From: a virus
Reading direction: 5' to 3' (one strand)
DNA: 64,000 nt
IMG/VR virus record: IMGVR_UViG_3300003321_000095
Location: 7,233 to 71,232 of that record
Below are positions 38,175-46,492 of the stretch, in pieces (within the stretch, counting starts at the first letter, position 1; each line of letters begins with the position of its first letter). The position numbers and the translations under genes were made by a program. The notes beneath the pieces were generated by a model. That model was not told where the DNA came from and ran no database searches. It saw only the letters and a program-made list of their open reading frames with translations.

Positions 38175-39329
38175 TTAGAGACTACCAGGTGTTCTTAGAG
38201 AGCCTACATGTGCTGCAATTCTTTCAGCAGCAGATTTAGGCTTGTCGTTCGTTTGGGGTTGAGGAGGTATAGCAGGTGTGTTCAACTGAACATTTTGTGC
38301 TTTTGAAAGGAGTTCTTTCTGACCTTTGACCTTACCTTGATCGAATTGATGTTTCGAGATGTTTTCTCCCCATTCAGCCAGTGCGAGTGTTCGAGCGAGT
38401 TTGTTAGCGTCTACCCCACTGAGGTCGACATTCTTACCAAAATGCTTTTCGATCAACTTACCACTTCTGATACCTTCATAGATATAATCGCCGTGTTTTG
38501 ATTCGAGCGTTATGCCTACCTTTTCGGGAGAAAGAGTTTTAGATAGATTTTTAGAGGCTTCTGCGAGATCCCTGTTGAACTTTTGTTTTCGTTCTTCGTT
38601 TGCTCTTGCGATCTCTTGCTTACGCATCTGTGCTCTCTGTGTCAAGTTATCCTTGATTTGATTGCCTAGGATTCGCTTTGTTGCTTCGGGAACTTCTGCG
38701 AGGGCTGCGTCGGCTGCTTCCTTGTTGTAGTTTGGAGTTCCTAGTCCGTATTGCCTGTCGATTTCTTGTTCGAACAGTTGGATGGGATCTACCTTGCTGT
38801 AGTCAACCAAGGTTGCTGCAAGGGCACCTTTCCAGTCACCTTTGTCTTTTGCTATCTTAAAAATCTCTTTGAATTCATCATCCAAATCTGAAACGAACGA
38901 AGCTTGTGATGCTTCTAGTTCCTTGATTTTCGCTTCTTGTTTTGTAAAGGTTTGTACCAGATCGTCTTTTGTCTTGATACCTTCGAGTTTCAAAGCACTG
39001 CTAAGATTCTCGATTGTCAAAGGTTGGTCGACGGGTGTCGAGGTACTAGAGAATAAATCTTTGTCCCACGGTTCTGTGACTGGCTCTGCATTAGCGGCAG
39101 GCTCAGTAGAGAGTTCTGTTTTAGGGTCTGTGACCGGAGCGGGAGGAGTTTGAGCCACTGGCTCTACTACTGGCTTTGGTTCGACCTGGGTGACAGCGGG
39201 TGGAACGGTAGATTCAGTATTTGTAGGAACCGCTGCGGGTGGTATTGCGCCTTGTGCAGCAGCTTCATTTTTCATTTTGTTTGAGAAAGCGGCGAGTCCG
39301 GCTTTCATGTTCTGATCTAAATCTGACAT
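38175..39329 (-). CDS. capsid scaffolding-like protein
   Basis: P/E/T-rich disordered N-terminus and coiled coils; between portal and MCP. Confidence 0.7.
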   Translation of the reverse strand: MSDLDQNMKAGLAAFSNKMKNEAAAQGAIPPAAVPTNTESTVPPAVTQVEPKPVVEPVAQTPPAPVTDPKTELSTEPAANAEPVTEPWDKDLFSSTSTPVDQPLTIENLSSALKLEGIKTKDDLVQTFTKQEAKIKELEASQASFVSDLDDEFKEIFKIAKDKGDWKGALAATLVDYSKVDPIQLFEQEIDRQYGLGTPNYNKEAADAALAEVPEATKRILGNQIKDNLTQRAQMRKQEIARANEERKQKFNRDLAEASKNLSKTLSPEKVGITLESKHGDYIYEGIRSGKLIEKHFGKNVDLSGVDANKLARTLALAEWGENISKHQFDQGKVKGQKELLSKAQNVQLNTPAIPPQPQTNDKPKSAAERIAAHVGSLRTPGSL

Positions 39330-39367
39330 TAAAGGGGAGGTTTTAGATTAAAAAGTGTCTACTATAG

Positions 39368-39385
39368 AGCAATAATCGTGCCAAA
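39368..39385 (-). promoter_or_regulatory. sigma54-type (-24/-12) promoter of the scaffold-MCP-tail operon
   Basis: TTTGGCACGATTATTGCT matches consensus YTGGCACGnnnnTTGCW; intergenic; identical to 46121-46138. Confidence 0.8.
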
Positions 39386-39388
39386 CTA

Positions 39389-41554
39389 CTAAGGTGCCGC
39401 TAAAGTTGCTAGAGTTTTTATCTTAGAATCGTTCAGTTTGACTTTGCCGGTCAGGGCTGTCTTATCGAGATTACCCTTGTTCTTCAATTGTTGCAGACCC
39501 ATCTGACCCTGGATATTCATTTGCTGAGTAGCCATCTGATCTTGAGAGAGTTTCTGTTGTAATTGTGCGTCTCTCTCCTGCTCTGCTTGCTGCATCTGAG
39601 ATTCAAGCATCTTACGGACTGTGACCTTACGTTGGAGTTTGCGAAGTGCCTGTTTGATATCTGGATCGAGCAGGATGTCAAGAGCGTCCTGAACTTCAAG
39701 TTGTTGAGACTGTACAGCTAGCATGATGAAGTTCTCGAATTTGGCTCTATCTTGTAAGAGAGGAGGCAAACTTTCAACGATCACACCTACCGATTCGAGA
39801 TCGATATCGATGTTCTCTTTCAGAAAATCGACTCCCGCCGATCCGATAATAGGTTCAAAAACCTCTCTATCGGCCATAGCGATGCGCATCAGTTTAGCCT
39901 GTTGTGTCATCACCCTTGACCAGAATCTCTCAAACCCTATGAAATACGGCTTCGTAGTCATGGCTGATTGGAAGATAGCGGCGTCGGTCACCCCCACTGC
40001 TTGGGAAGGAGCCTGTACAACTCCCTGTCTTTCGGCAGAACTACCCAAAATAATATTCTCCTGTTGGTCCAGAAAGTTCATTATCTCAACATATTCCCTG
40101 ATACCTTGAGTTATCGATAAATCGATCTCTTTGAGTACGTTCATACCCCCCTGCATCATCTGGTACTCTTTGGTATTCACCGCAACAATACCCGCAGTCT
40201 TCAGATACGATGCTACCTTGTCCAGGTTCCAGCCTTCTGGCATCAGAGCCATATCGAATACGAACCCCTTAGCACCCGCCCTGTTCATGGCAAGCTGTAG
40301 GTTGTACATCGCCATGTCTTTGAGGAGATCGAGCGCCACCACCTGTTCCACTTTAGATATTGATTGACCTAACATATAGTTTGGTACCCAACAGGTATAA
40401 GGTGGCAACGTTTTCTCTAAAGTGTCAATGTCACGGGGTTGGTTAGGAAGTTCGCCCCATTCCCTAATAATCTCTCCTCCGATCATTGTGATCCCCCTCC
40501 AACATTCCATTTTAGAAGTGATGATATTGGCTTTGCGAGGAGTTTTGTTCTCGTCGGTGAGTTCTTGCAGGTGTTCTGTGCCGTACTTCTCTTTGACCTC
40601 GTTCTTGTACTTGCGAGTCTTGAAGTCTTTCCAAACAGCCCTCAGTACCATGACTCTAGGCACATTGTCAATATTCCTAAACCAACCCAACGAACCGTTG
40701 TCAATACAATCGAAGAAATGATTCTGGCTGGCTCCAATGTACAAACCCGCGTTCATGTTGGTATAGACGTTGTAGTTGTTCTGAGCCTTCTCTAATTCTT
40801 CTTGAGTTAGGTTGTAACGTTCAGCGGCTTCGGCTAAACCCATATAATAGGCTTCTAAGAAATAAGTACTGTCGGACAGTTCGTCGTCGGTAGCGTTGGG
40901 GTCCCACACAAAGCACAGAGGTTCCACACGGAAAGGTCGCGGCACTCCTCTTACAATCTCGTTACGAATGAAGCAAGCATTCTGTATCCATACATCTTTG
41001 AATGTAGCATTCCTAAGCCTGTCGACATTGTTACGTTTCGCCAGGTCCTTTAATCCCATCTCATACACTAACTCTAATTTGTCTTTGTATTTAAGATCGG
41101 CCCATTCGTCTAAAGACAAATCTGATTGGGGAATGTTGGGGTCCTGAACAGGAAGACCTGTGCGTTCTTGTGCAAACTGCGCTGCATCTTGAAGTCTTCG
41201 TTGTACACGCAGTGTTTCTTTTGCTTCGTGTTTACGTGATACTGCTTCTTTAGATAACGCTCTTACTCTCAATTCCCATCCTCGCGATTCGAGTTCACCG
41301 ATTAGATTCTCAATTTTCGCCTTCAACGCAGAAATACTAAAATACATCGCCGGTAAATCGCTACCATCTTGTGCTTTCTGAATCCACGGCGTCATGTCAC
41401 CAGTACTTCCTTGATTGAAGTACTTAATGGCCTCTTGCTTCACGCGATACCGAATTGCCCAGGTATTTGTCAAACTATATTTAGCGAGAGCTTTACCCCA
41501 TGCGAGATGGTATTCGCGATCTTTCTTTTGAGTAGCTAGTGACGGGAGGTTCAT
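39389..41554 (-). CDS. portal protein
   Basis: 721 aa directly after TerL; KIENLIGE, G...ERQG and Q-rich C-terminal barrel typical of crAss-like/P22-like portals. Confidence 0.85.
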   Translation of the reverse strand: MNLPSLATQKKDREYHLAWGKALAKYSLTNTWAIRYRVKQEAIKYFNQGSTGDMTPWIQKAQDGSDLPAMYFSISALKAKIENLIGELESRGWELRVRALSKEAVSRKHEAKETLRVQRRLQDAAQFAQERTGLPVQDPNIPQSDLSLDEWADLKYKDKLELVYEMGLKDLAKRNNVDRLRNATFKDVWIQNACFIRNEIVRGVPRPFRVEPLCFVWDPNATDDELSDSTYFLEAYYMGLAEAAERYNLTQEELEKAQNNYNVYTNMNAGLYIGASQNHFFDCIDNGSLGWFRNIDNVPRVMVLRAVWKDFKTRKYKNEVKEKYGTEHLQELTDENKTPRKANIITSKMECWRGITMIGGEIIREWGELPNQPRDIDTLEKTLPPYTCWVPNYMLGQSISKVEQVVALDLLKDMAMYNLQLAMNRAGAKGFVFDMALMPEGWNLDKVASYLKTAGIVAVNTKEYQMMQGGMNVLKEIDLSITQGIREYVEIMNFLDQQENIILGSSAERQGVVQAPSQAVGVTDAAIFQSAMTTKPYFIGFERFWSRVMTQQAKLMRIAMADREVFEPIIGSAGVDFLKENIDIDLESVGVIVESLPPLLQDRAKFENFIMLAVQSQQLEVQDALDILLDPDIKQALRKLQRKVTVRKMLESQMQQAEQERDAQLQQKLSQDQMATQQMNIQGQMGLQQLKNKGNLDKTALTGKVKLNDSKIKTLATLAAP

Positions 41555-43452
41555 CTGTTGAAGAGGGGATTATTTGATTTTATTTGTACGCGCATTGGTG
41601 CTCCGTTATTAACTAGTTCTAGTTTACCGCCGATGCGTTGGTAGGAGGCAGAGGGATTCATGGATAGATGTGCCGTTGTTGATTCAGCGACTCTTCTATC
41701 TGATTGTAAAAGCATGAGTGCCCATCCGAAGGCACAAGCCAAATCATCATCTGCATGGTCAAGACCGAATTTAGCACACTCTTCGATGAAACGAATTGAT
41801 GGTATTAAATCGGCATGATGCTCCCAATAACTTTCGAGTAAACCTATCATTTGTAGTTTACGTTGAGGAGTCATCTTAACACCAACAGTCATTTCGAATC
41901 CACCTTGTAATCTATCGGGGGACTTCGGAGCAAGCGATAAAAGATTAGGATAATGTTGTTCAAAATAATCTTTTAAACGTGCTCCACCCTTATTGGTCTC
42001 AACAAGCAATGGTGTGTTATTATACCACTTCAACAACATACCGACTTGATCGTAATATGTTGTCAACTTCGGTGGACGATCTGTAAATTCAGCAACTAAT
42101 TTAGGTCCATCTAAACCAAAAGGTCTTGCTAATATTGCAGTACTGAGATTAGAGTTATCTCTGCTTTTGCGTGTATCGTCATCTTCAGCCGGATCACAAG
42201 CCGCTACGTAAGCGTGTTTGATATCGGGGACTGGACGTTCGTAAATAATAATCTTACCGTCTGGATCTGGTACGAAGTCTGGCGGATTACCTGGACCTTT
42301 GGGTCTCATCCAACCAGTCACCATCTTAGGAGGATTCTCCATAAGATTCGTCGCTATCTTTGCGCGAACCATTGGATTACCGACACCTGTGCCATTTGCT
42401 TCTAAGAAGGCATCTTCTTGTGTAAGAGGGTAACGTTGAAAAAATTTATGACGTATAATTGGAGTCAGTGTCTCCATTCGACGACGTTCATATATAATCC
42501 ATCTCACACTTTCTTCAATCATATCGTTACCAAGATCGTCGACGATTAAACATTGATATCCAAAGATCGGAAGTCTTTCAAAATTATATTGTTCTGAATT
42601 TTTCCAGAATTCACGAAGTGATCTACCTGCTTTGTTTGTATCACCGACAGTACCGAAAAGTATAGGTGTTCCCACTCTAACTCCGTCCTGTATAATCGTG
42701 TCTTCACCATTAGCCCACATGGCAGTTCCCTCTTCCACTTCTCCTATTTCATCTAGGCATAAACGCTTGAACTGGGAACCGGCGAAGGCAGTTGGTGTTG
42801 GTGCAAAAGATCTTATTGATGAATTGTTACCCACCCATCTTTCTGTTTTCTCTATCCATTTACCGAATACCATTGCGTCGCGACGATCCGTGTTGATGTA
42901 TGTGCGCAGGAACTTAGGAAGATTTCTATGAACATATTTGTGTTTATCGAATAAGAGGTAACTGTCAGTTAACCCCTTCGAACTCATCCCTATATCGAAA
43001 TCTTTATTGAACGTGCACTCGTAGATATTGTCTGTTGATATATACCAACTCATTCCAACCTGGCGACGTTTGAATGTCACAGAACCTCTACCTCTTGTCT
43101 TAACTACCTTATCAAGTTTGTTCGCGAAGTCCATCATCGATGCTCTGAAATCAGGACGAATCTTACCGCGTTCCTTGTTCTTGATATAACAGGCATTGAG
43201 GTGGAAGAAGTAGCGACCACTCATGCCATCGCTTGTACCGTATCTACATTTATTTATGAAATCAAGTTCCCAATCTAACTTAGCACGTTTGTCATCTCCG
43301 AAATCCGGTATCTCAACATGCTCTATTTTTTTTGTAACACGAAACGGATTTGTCGCCATGATTCGCGCAGTGTGGTATTGTACCTCTGCTTCGAGATCTT
43401 CCTTGTATTCGTTCCGCGAGATAATTATGGGGTTATCTTCCTTCTTAGACAT
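41551..43452 (-). CDS. terL: terminase large subunit
   Basis: Walker A-like KRRQVGMSW, Walker B LCLDEIG, coupling motif FGT; RNase H-like nuclease ACDP, VETN and DDDL. Confidence 0.92.
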   Translation of the reverse strand: MSKKEDNPIIISRNEYKEDLEAEVQYHTARIMATNPFRVTKKIEHVEIPDFGDDKRAKLDWELDFINKCRYGTSDGMSGRYFFHLNACYIKNKERGKIRPDFRASMMDFANKLDKVVKTRGRGSVTFKRRQVGMSWYISTDNIYECTFNKDFDIGMSSKGLTDSYLLFDKHKYVHRNLPKFLRTYINTDRRDAMVFGKWIEKTERWVGNNSSIRSFAPTPTAFAGSQFKRLCLDEIGEVEEGTAMWANGEDTIIQDGVRVGTPILFGTVGDTNKAGRSLREFWKNSEQYNFERLPIFGYQCLIVDDLGNDMIEESVRWIIYERRRMETLTPIIRHKFFQRYPLTQEDAFLEANGTGVGNPMVRAKIATNLMENPPKMVTGWMRPKGPGNPPDFVPDPDGKIIIYERPVPDIKHAYVAACDPAEDDDTRKSRDNSNLSTAILARPFGLDGPKLVAEFTDRPPKLTTYYDQVGMLLKWYNNTPLLVETNKGGARLKDYFEQHYPNLLSLAPKSPDRLQGGFEMTVGVKMTPQRKLQMIGLLESYWEHHADLIPSIRFIEECAKFGLDHADDDLACAFGWALMLLQSDRRVAESTTAHLSMNPSASYQRIGGKLELVNNGAPMRVQIKSNNPLFNR

Positions 43453-44341
43453 CTGTATTTAAATAAACCACTGTTTTACCGTTGTACGCTTTGACGTATT
43501 TCAGCATTTCGTTGACGAAGGGAATGTAGTCGAAAAGAACCCGTTGAAATATCATGGATTCCCCCCTTACTATGAGATGAGGAACAAATGGATGTTTGGT
43601 TATCTCCTCTGTAGCATTTGGAAAGTTCTTCCAATTAATCCATGTGTCTTTGGATGCCACCTTTATTTCATCTACTGTCGAGCATAGGATGATGTTGGTG
43701 GGAGAAATTTCGCGAGGGTTGTGTAACCTATGCGCCATGAATCTCTCTACCTTTCCGTGGGGGATTTCTTGGATTTTGATACTCGACCAGAATGCTGCAA
43801 ATGGTGCACTAATCTGATCGCGCCAACTACCCCCCTCAATCTCCTTCCACCAGATCTTATCGAAACTTTTCGTGTTCCCCCGTCTAACGATTACACCGCA
43901 GCGGTACAATCCATTATTCTCTGGGTACTTTAACCCCCTATATTTCGCTACCTGTTTAGAAATAGTTTCTTCAGAATCAAGTTTTTTGTCCAGTACGATC
44001 TTGGCTTCTTCATACACACATTGTCTCTGGGGATGTTTTGTCATGTGAACCCCCTCTCCCATATCTTTCACGAACTCGTTGAAATCACCATAGAGTTGAT
44101 AACTGGCATCGACGTAGACTGTGACTTCGTATTTGTTGTGATTGGGTGGATTTATTTTATAGAGACGAGATAGTAGTTTCGGCGAAAGAGTTGACTGTGG
44201 TTTTACTATTTGCCATACACCTGGATTCTGAATGTCCTGATCGGTATAACAGACGTAATCGAAATCTTCAGATATTAGACGGGGTTGTTTGAGATCATCG
44301 TAAGGGCCGAAAAGGCAGGTGTAAATAAGTTTGGTGTTCAA
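43445..44341 (-). CDS. DUF616 (TOD1/MUCI70-like) glycosyltransferase
   Basis: IYTCLFG.YDDL, YVCYTD, R.YKI.P, YVDAS, HPQRQCVYEEA and WW.EI..GSWRDQ.S motifs; TTG start. Confidence 0.8.
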   Translation of the reverse strand: MNTKLIYTCLFGPYDDLKQPRLISEDFDYVCYTDQDIQNPGVWQIVKPQSTLSPKLLSRLYKINPPNHNKYEVTVYVDASYQLYGDFNEFVKDMGEGVHMTKHPQRQCVYEEAKIVLDKKLDSEETISKQVAKYRGLKYPENNGLYRCGVIVRRGNTKSFDKIWWKEIEGGSWRDQISAPFAAFWSSIKIQEIPHGKVERFMAHRLHNPREISPTNIILCSTVDEIKVASKDTWINWKNFPNATEEITKHPFVPHLIVRGESMIFQRVLFDYIPFVNEMLKYVKAYNGKTVVYLNTDV

Positions 44342-45079
44342 TCAGATACGTTTAAAAGTGTATCCTTTGCACGATAACCTCTTACCATTACATACCGCAC
44401 CTATTTTGCACCCTATTTTATAATTATCGAACATCTGCCGTGCAGCTTCTTCGCAACTAGAAAACACAACACCCGTTTCGATACACATAACTGGTTTAGA
44501 ATGCGCTTTAGATATTTTCTCTCGAACTTCGGGTGGACGAGGAACACCTTTATTCCTCCCTATTAACTTAGCAACATGTTCAGGAGATAATTTTCTACCG
44601 TAGAATGGATGGGCTTCACCTCTCAGAATAGTTTTGTTGTTCATGATTTTAATTCGTTGTTCTTCTGTCCATTTCCTGCCTTTTCTTGTCACACTCATCT
44701 TGGCGCGGGACTCGGGAGACATTTTACGACCGATAGCAGATTGTCTCATCTTTTCTTTCGTTTCTTCTGGAAGCGGTCCGTTATTACCACCTTCTTTGAT
44801 ATTCATCAACTCATAACCCAGCATTCGATAGTGAGCCATATAGAAACATTCGGCGTAGTTTAGATGGTCTTGTGTAACAGTATTTTTATTGAACTCATGA
44901 ATCACTTCGAACTTGTGCGCGTCCCAGCCGTGTTTTGCAATAGAGTTATGGAGACGATGTTGTTTCTTCGCTTGATCGTGTTTGTATTGTCTTTTCCGAT
45001 GTTCTATGTTTCTACTCTGACCGATATAAAGATAACCGGAAGGGCTTGTGATTTTGTAAATACCTATTGTTTTAGACAT
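44342..45079 (-). CDS. free-standing GIY-YIG homing endonuclease with NUMOD3 repeats
   Basis: GIYKIT...YIGQS.NI..R; EETKEKM, SPESRAKMS and HPFYGRKLS repeats; NUMOD1-like C-terminus. Confidence 0.9.
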   Translation of the reverse strand: MSKTIGIYKITSPSGYLYIGQSRNIEHRKRQYKHDQAKKQHRLHNSIAKHGWDAHKFEVIHEFNKNTVTQDHLNYAECFYMAHYRMLGYELMNIKEGGNNGPLPEETKEKMRQSAIGRKMSPESRAKMSVTRKGRKWTEEQRIKIMNNKTILRGEAHPFYGRKLSPEHVAKLIGRNKGVPRPPEVREKISKAHSKPVMCIETGVVFSSCEEAARQMFDNYKIGCKIGAVCNGKRLSCKGYTFKRI

Positions 45080-45104
45080 TTCTTAAATTCGATTAGTAGC
45101 ACAT

Positions 45105-45139
45105 AAAGCCCCTTGATCGAAATCTTGGGGCTTTTGTTT
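45105..45139. terminator. hairpin terminator upstream of the homing endonuclease
   Basis: AAAGCCCC...GGGGCTTT stem with T-rich flanks. Confidence 0.55.
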
Positions 45140-45160
45140 TAATTATTTTTAGTGAGTTAC

Positions 45161-45442
45161 TTAAGATCCACTTAAATCCGTGGCGCTTAATCCTGTAGCT
45201 ACATCAGCACTTTCTTGTGTAATGTAGAGATTGAAGCCATCCGAGGTTACAAGAAGCGAATCATCTGTTGATGTCGAGCCTGTGCGAGCAGGGATTGAAT
45301 AGATAATCGCTGAAGTACCCCACATCATAAGGGTTACTTTTTTAGTAGTACCTGCGGTTGTTGATCCACCGTTGAAAGAAATATTACCCTGAGGAGTTAC
45401 AATCTTCCAGGCATCCACCGTTATTACGCTTTTCTGTGCCAA
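45161..45442 (-). CDS. small hypothetical (possibly virion) protein
   Basis: 93-aa S/T-rich ORF; TTG start with AT-rich leader. Confidence 0.55.
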   Translation of the reverse strand: MAQKSVITVDAWKIVTPQGNISFNGGSTTAGTTKKVTLMMWGTSAIIYSIPARTGSTSTDDSLLVTSDGFNLYITQESADVATGLSATDLSGS

Positions 45443-45485
45443 TTTGGGAAAAAGTTTAGTTTTGGGAAATTATTAGAGAGAAAAA

Positions 45486-45713
45486 TTATGCTTCTTTAAA
45501 TTCAACGTAGTACTCTTTGCCTGGCTCAAACAATTCGTTAGAGAATGCTCCGAGTTCTATCTTACCTGTTGGAGTTACGGCTAAGAAATCTTTGTTTTCT
45601 TGACTGCCTGTTGTTACAGGATTGAGAGACGCTGTATAGAGAAATCGTCCGCTTCCGTCCCAGTGTTTGGTTTTGGTGACAGACGTACATTGAAATTTTG
45701 CGATTGTTGACAT
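45486..45713 (-). CDS. small conserved phage protein (AKF.C...EN..F...TP.G.IEL...FEPGKEYYV.F)
   Basis: Recognisable recurrent phage family signature; function unknown. Confidence 0.75.
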   Translation of the reverse strand: MSTIAKFQCTSVTKTKHWDGSGRFLYTASLNPVTTGSQENKDFLAVTPTGKIELGAFSNELFEPGKEYYVEFKEA

Positions 45714-45756
45714 AAATGTTAGAATAGCTTAAAAAAGTTTTTCGCGGCCTTCGATA

Positions 45757-45786
45757 AAGACCCCCGTTCAAATCACGAGGGTCTAT
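45757..45786 (-). terminator. hairpin terminator downstream of tRNA-Met
   Basis: Minus strand AGACCCTCGT-GATTTGA-ACGGGGGTCT-TTAT. Confidence 0.5.
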
Positions 45787-45850
45787 TTCTCAATAAACGC
45801 ATCTGAGTGCGTCGAATCAACAATACTATTGTCGATGAGGAAAATGTATG

Positions 45851-45921
45851 TTGCGGGAGTCGGTCTTGATCCGACGTGAGACAGGTTATGAGCCTGGTGA
45901 CTAGCCCTAGTCTATCCCGCG
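45851..45921 (-). tRNA. tRNA-Met(CAT), initiator-like but divergent
   Basis: CGCGGGA/TCCCGCA acceptor with C1:A72 mismatch; GACT/AGTC D-stem; CAGG-CTCATAA-CCTG; GTCGG-ATCAAGA-CCGAC T-arm; no CCA. Confidence 0.8.
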
Positions 45922-45973
45922 ATATAAGACTCACCCTAGGACGCTGTTCTTATGGGTAGCGTGGTAAGTACTA

Positions 45974-46105
45974 TTATTTCTTATGTTTGAAGTACTCTAC
46001 CTGGCGGAGGCGCTTTTCGGCTTGTTTCTTAGAGAGGTTCTTCTTACTGAGAGGTTTGCCTTTTTCGCTAGTGACTTCGTAGCCTTTGCTTGTTTTCTTA
46101 ATCAT
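45974..46105 (-). CDS. small basic protein (43 aa; not in ORF track), first gene after the sigma54 promoter
   Basis: MIKKTSKGYEVTSEKGKPLSKKNLSKKQAEKRLRQVEYFKHKK*; ...A.KRLRQ.EYFKH motif recurs in phages. Confidence 0.7.
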   Translation of the reverse strand: MIKKTSKGYEVTSEKGKPLSKKNLSKKQAEKRLRQVEYFKHKK

Positions 46106-46120
46106 AAAAGACTATTCTAC

Positions 46121-46138
46121 AGCAATAATCGTGCCAAA
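46121..46138 (-). promoter_or_regulatory. sigma54-type promoter upstream of the tRNA/terminase-portal block
   Basis: TTTGGCACGATTATTGCT; intergenic; identical to 39368-39385. Confidence 0.8.
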
Positions 46139-46159
46139 CGTTTTCACGTGGAACCTTTT

Positions 46160-46492
46160 CTACTTCTGATAAGTTCCTTGCACACCCCTTGCTGCTCGAT
46201 CACTCGCCCGCTTACCAATCCACAAGAGAGCCTCGTCAAGTTTAGTGATAGCCATAGAGGTCTCGCGAGTAGCCATTTCTCCTACGTTATTCTCTTCGAG
46301 ATATCGTTTGGCCACAGCGATTAGAGTCTCTGTGAAATAGCCTTTCTGTCGATAGATGTCGGGATTAGACTTGTCTCCCTTGCAAAAGGTGAGTGGTTCA
46401 AAAGTTTCCTGGAATCCACCGTCTATTACTTCGTAGACTGGTACGGTGTAGGTTGCCTTTGCTGTTACTGTTTCAATTTTTTGTGGTGTCAT
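46160..46492 (-). CDS. tad1: Tad1-like anti-defence nucleotide sponge
   Basis: F.KG.....Q.G.....L......L.....G.M.TRE...A.T.L.EAL.W...R..DR..R.V.GT..K aligns by eye with the Tad1 family C-terminus. Confidence 0.75.
   Translation of the reverse strand: MTPQKIETVTAKATYTVPVYEVIDGGFQETFEPLTFCKGDKSNPDIYRQKGYFTETLIAVAKRYLEENNVGEMATRETSMAITKLDEALLWIGKRASDRAARGVQGTYQK

Noticed and set aside
44342-45079. GIY-YIG endonuclease as part of a group I intron
   Set aside because: Flanking genes are complete, the next gene starts immediately after its stop, and there is no room for an intron core; it is free-standing.
45420-45445. TTGGCAC at 45436-45442 (and similarly 35193-35199) as sigma54 -24 boxes
   Set aside because: These are TTG start codons followed by GCA (Ala); no TTGC at the correct spacing.
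45790-45850. Hammerhead or theta (HDV-like) ribozyme next to tRNA-Met
   Set aside because: No CUGAUGA/GAAA core in the right context and no HDV-like nested pseudoknot starting at the tRNA 3' end.
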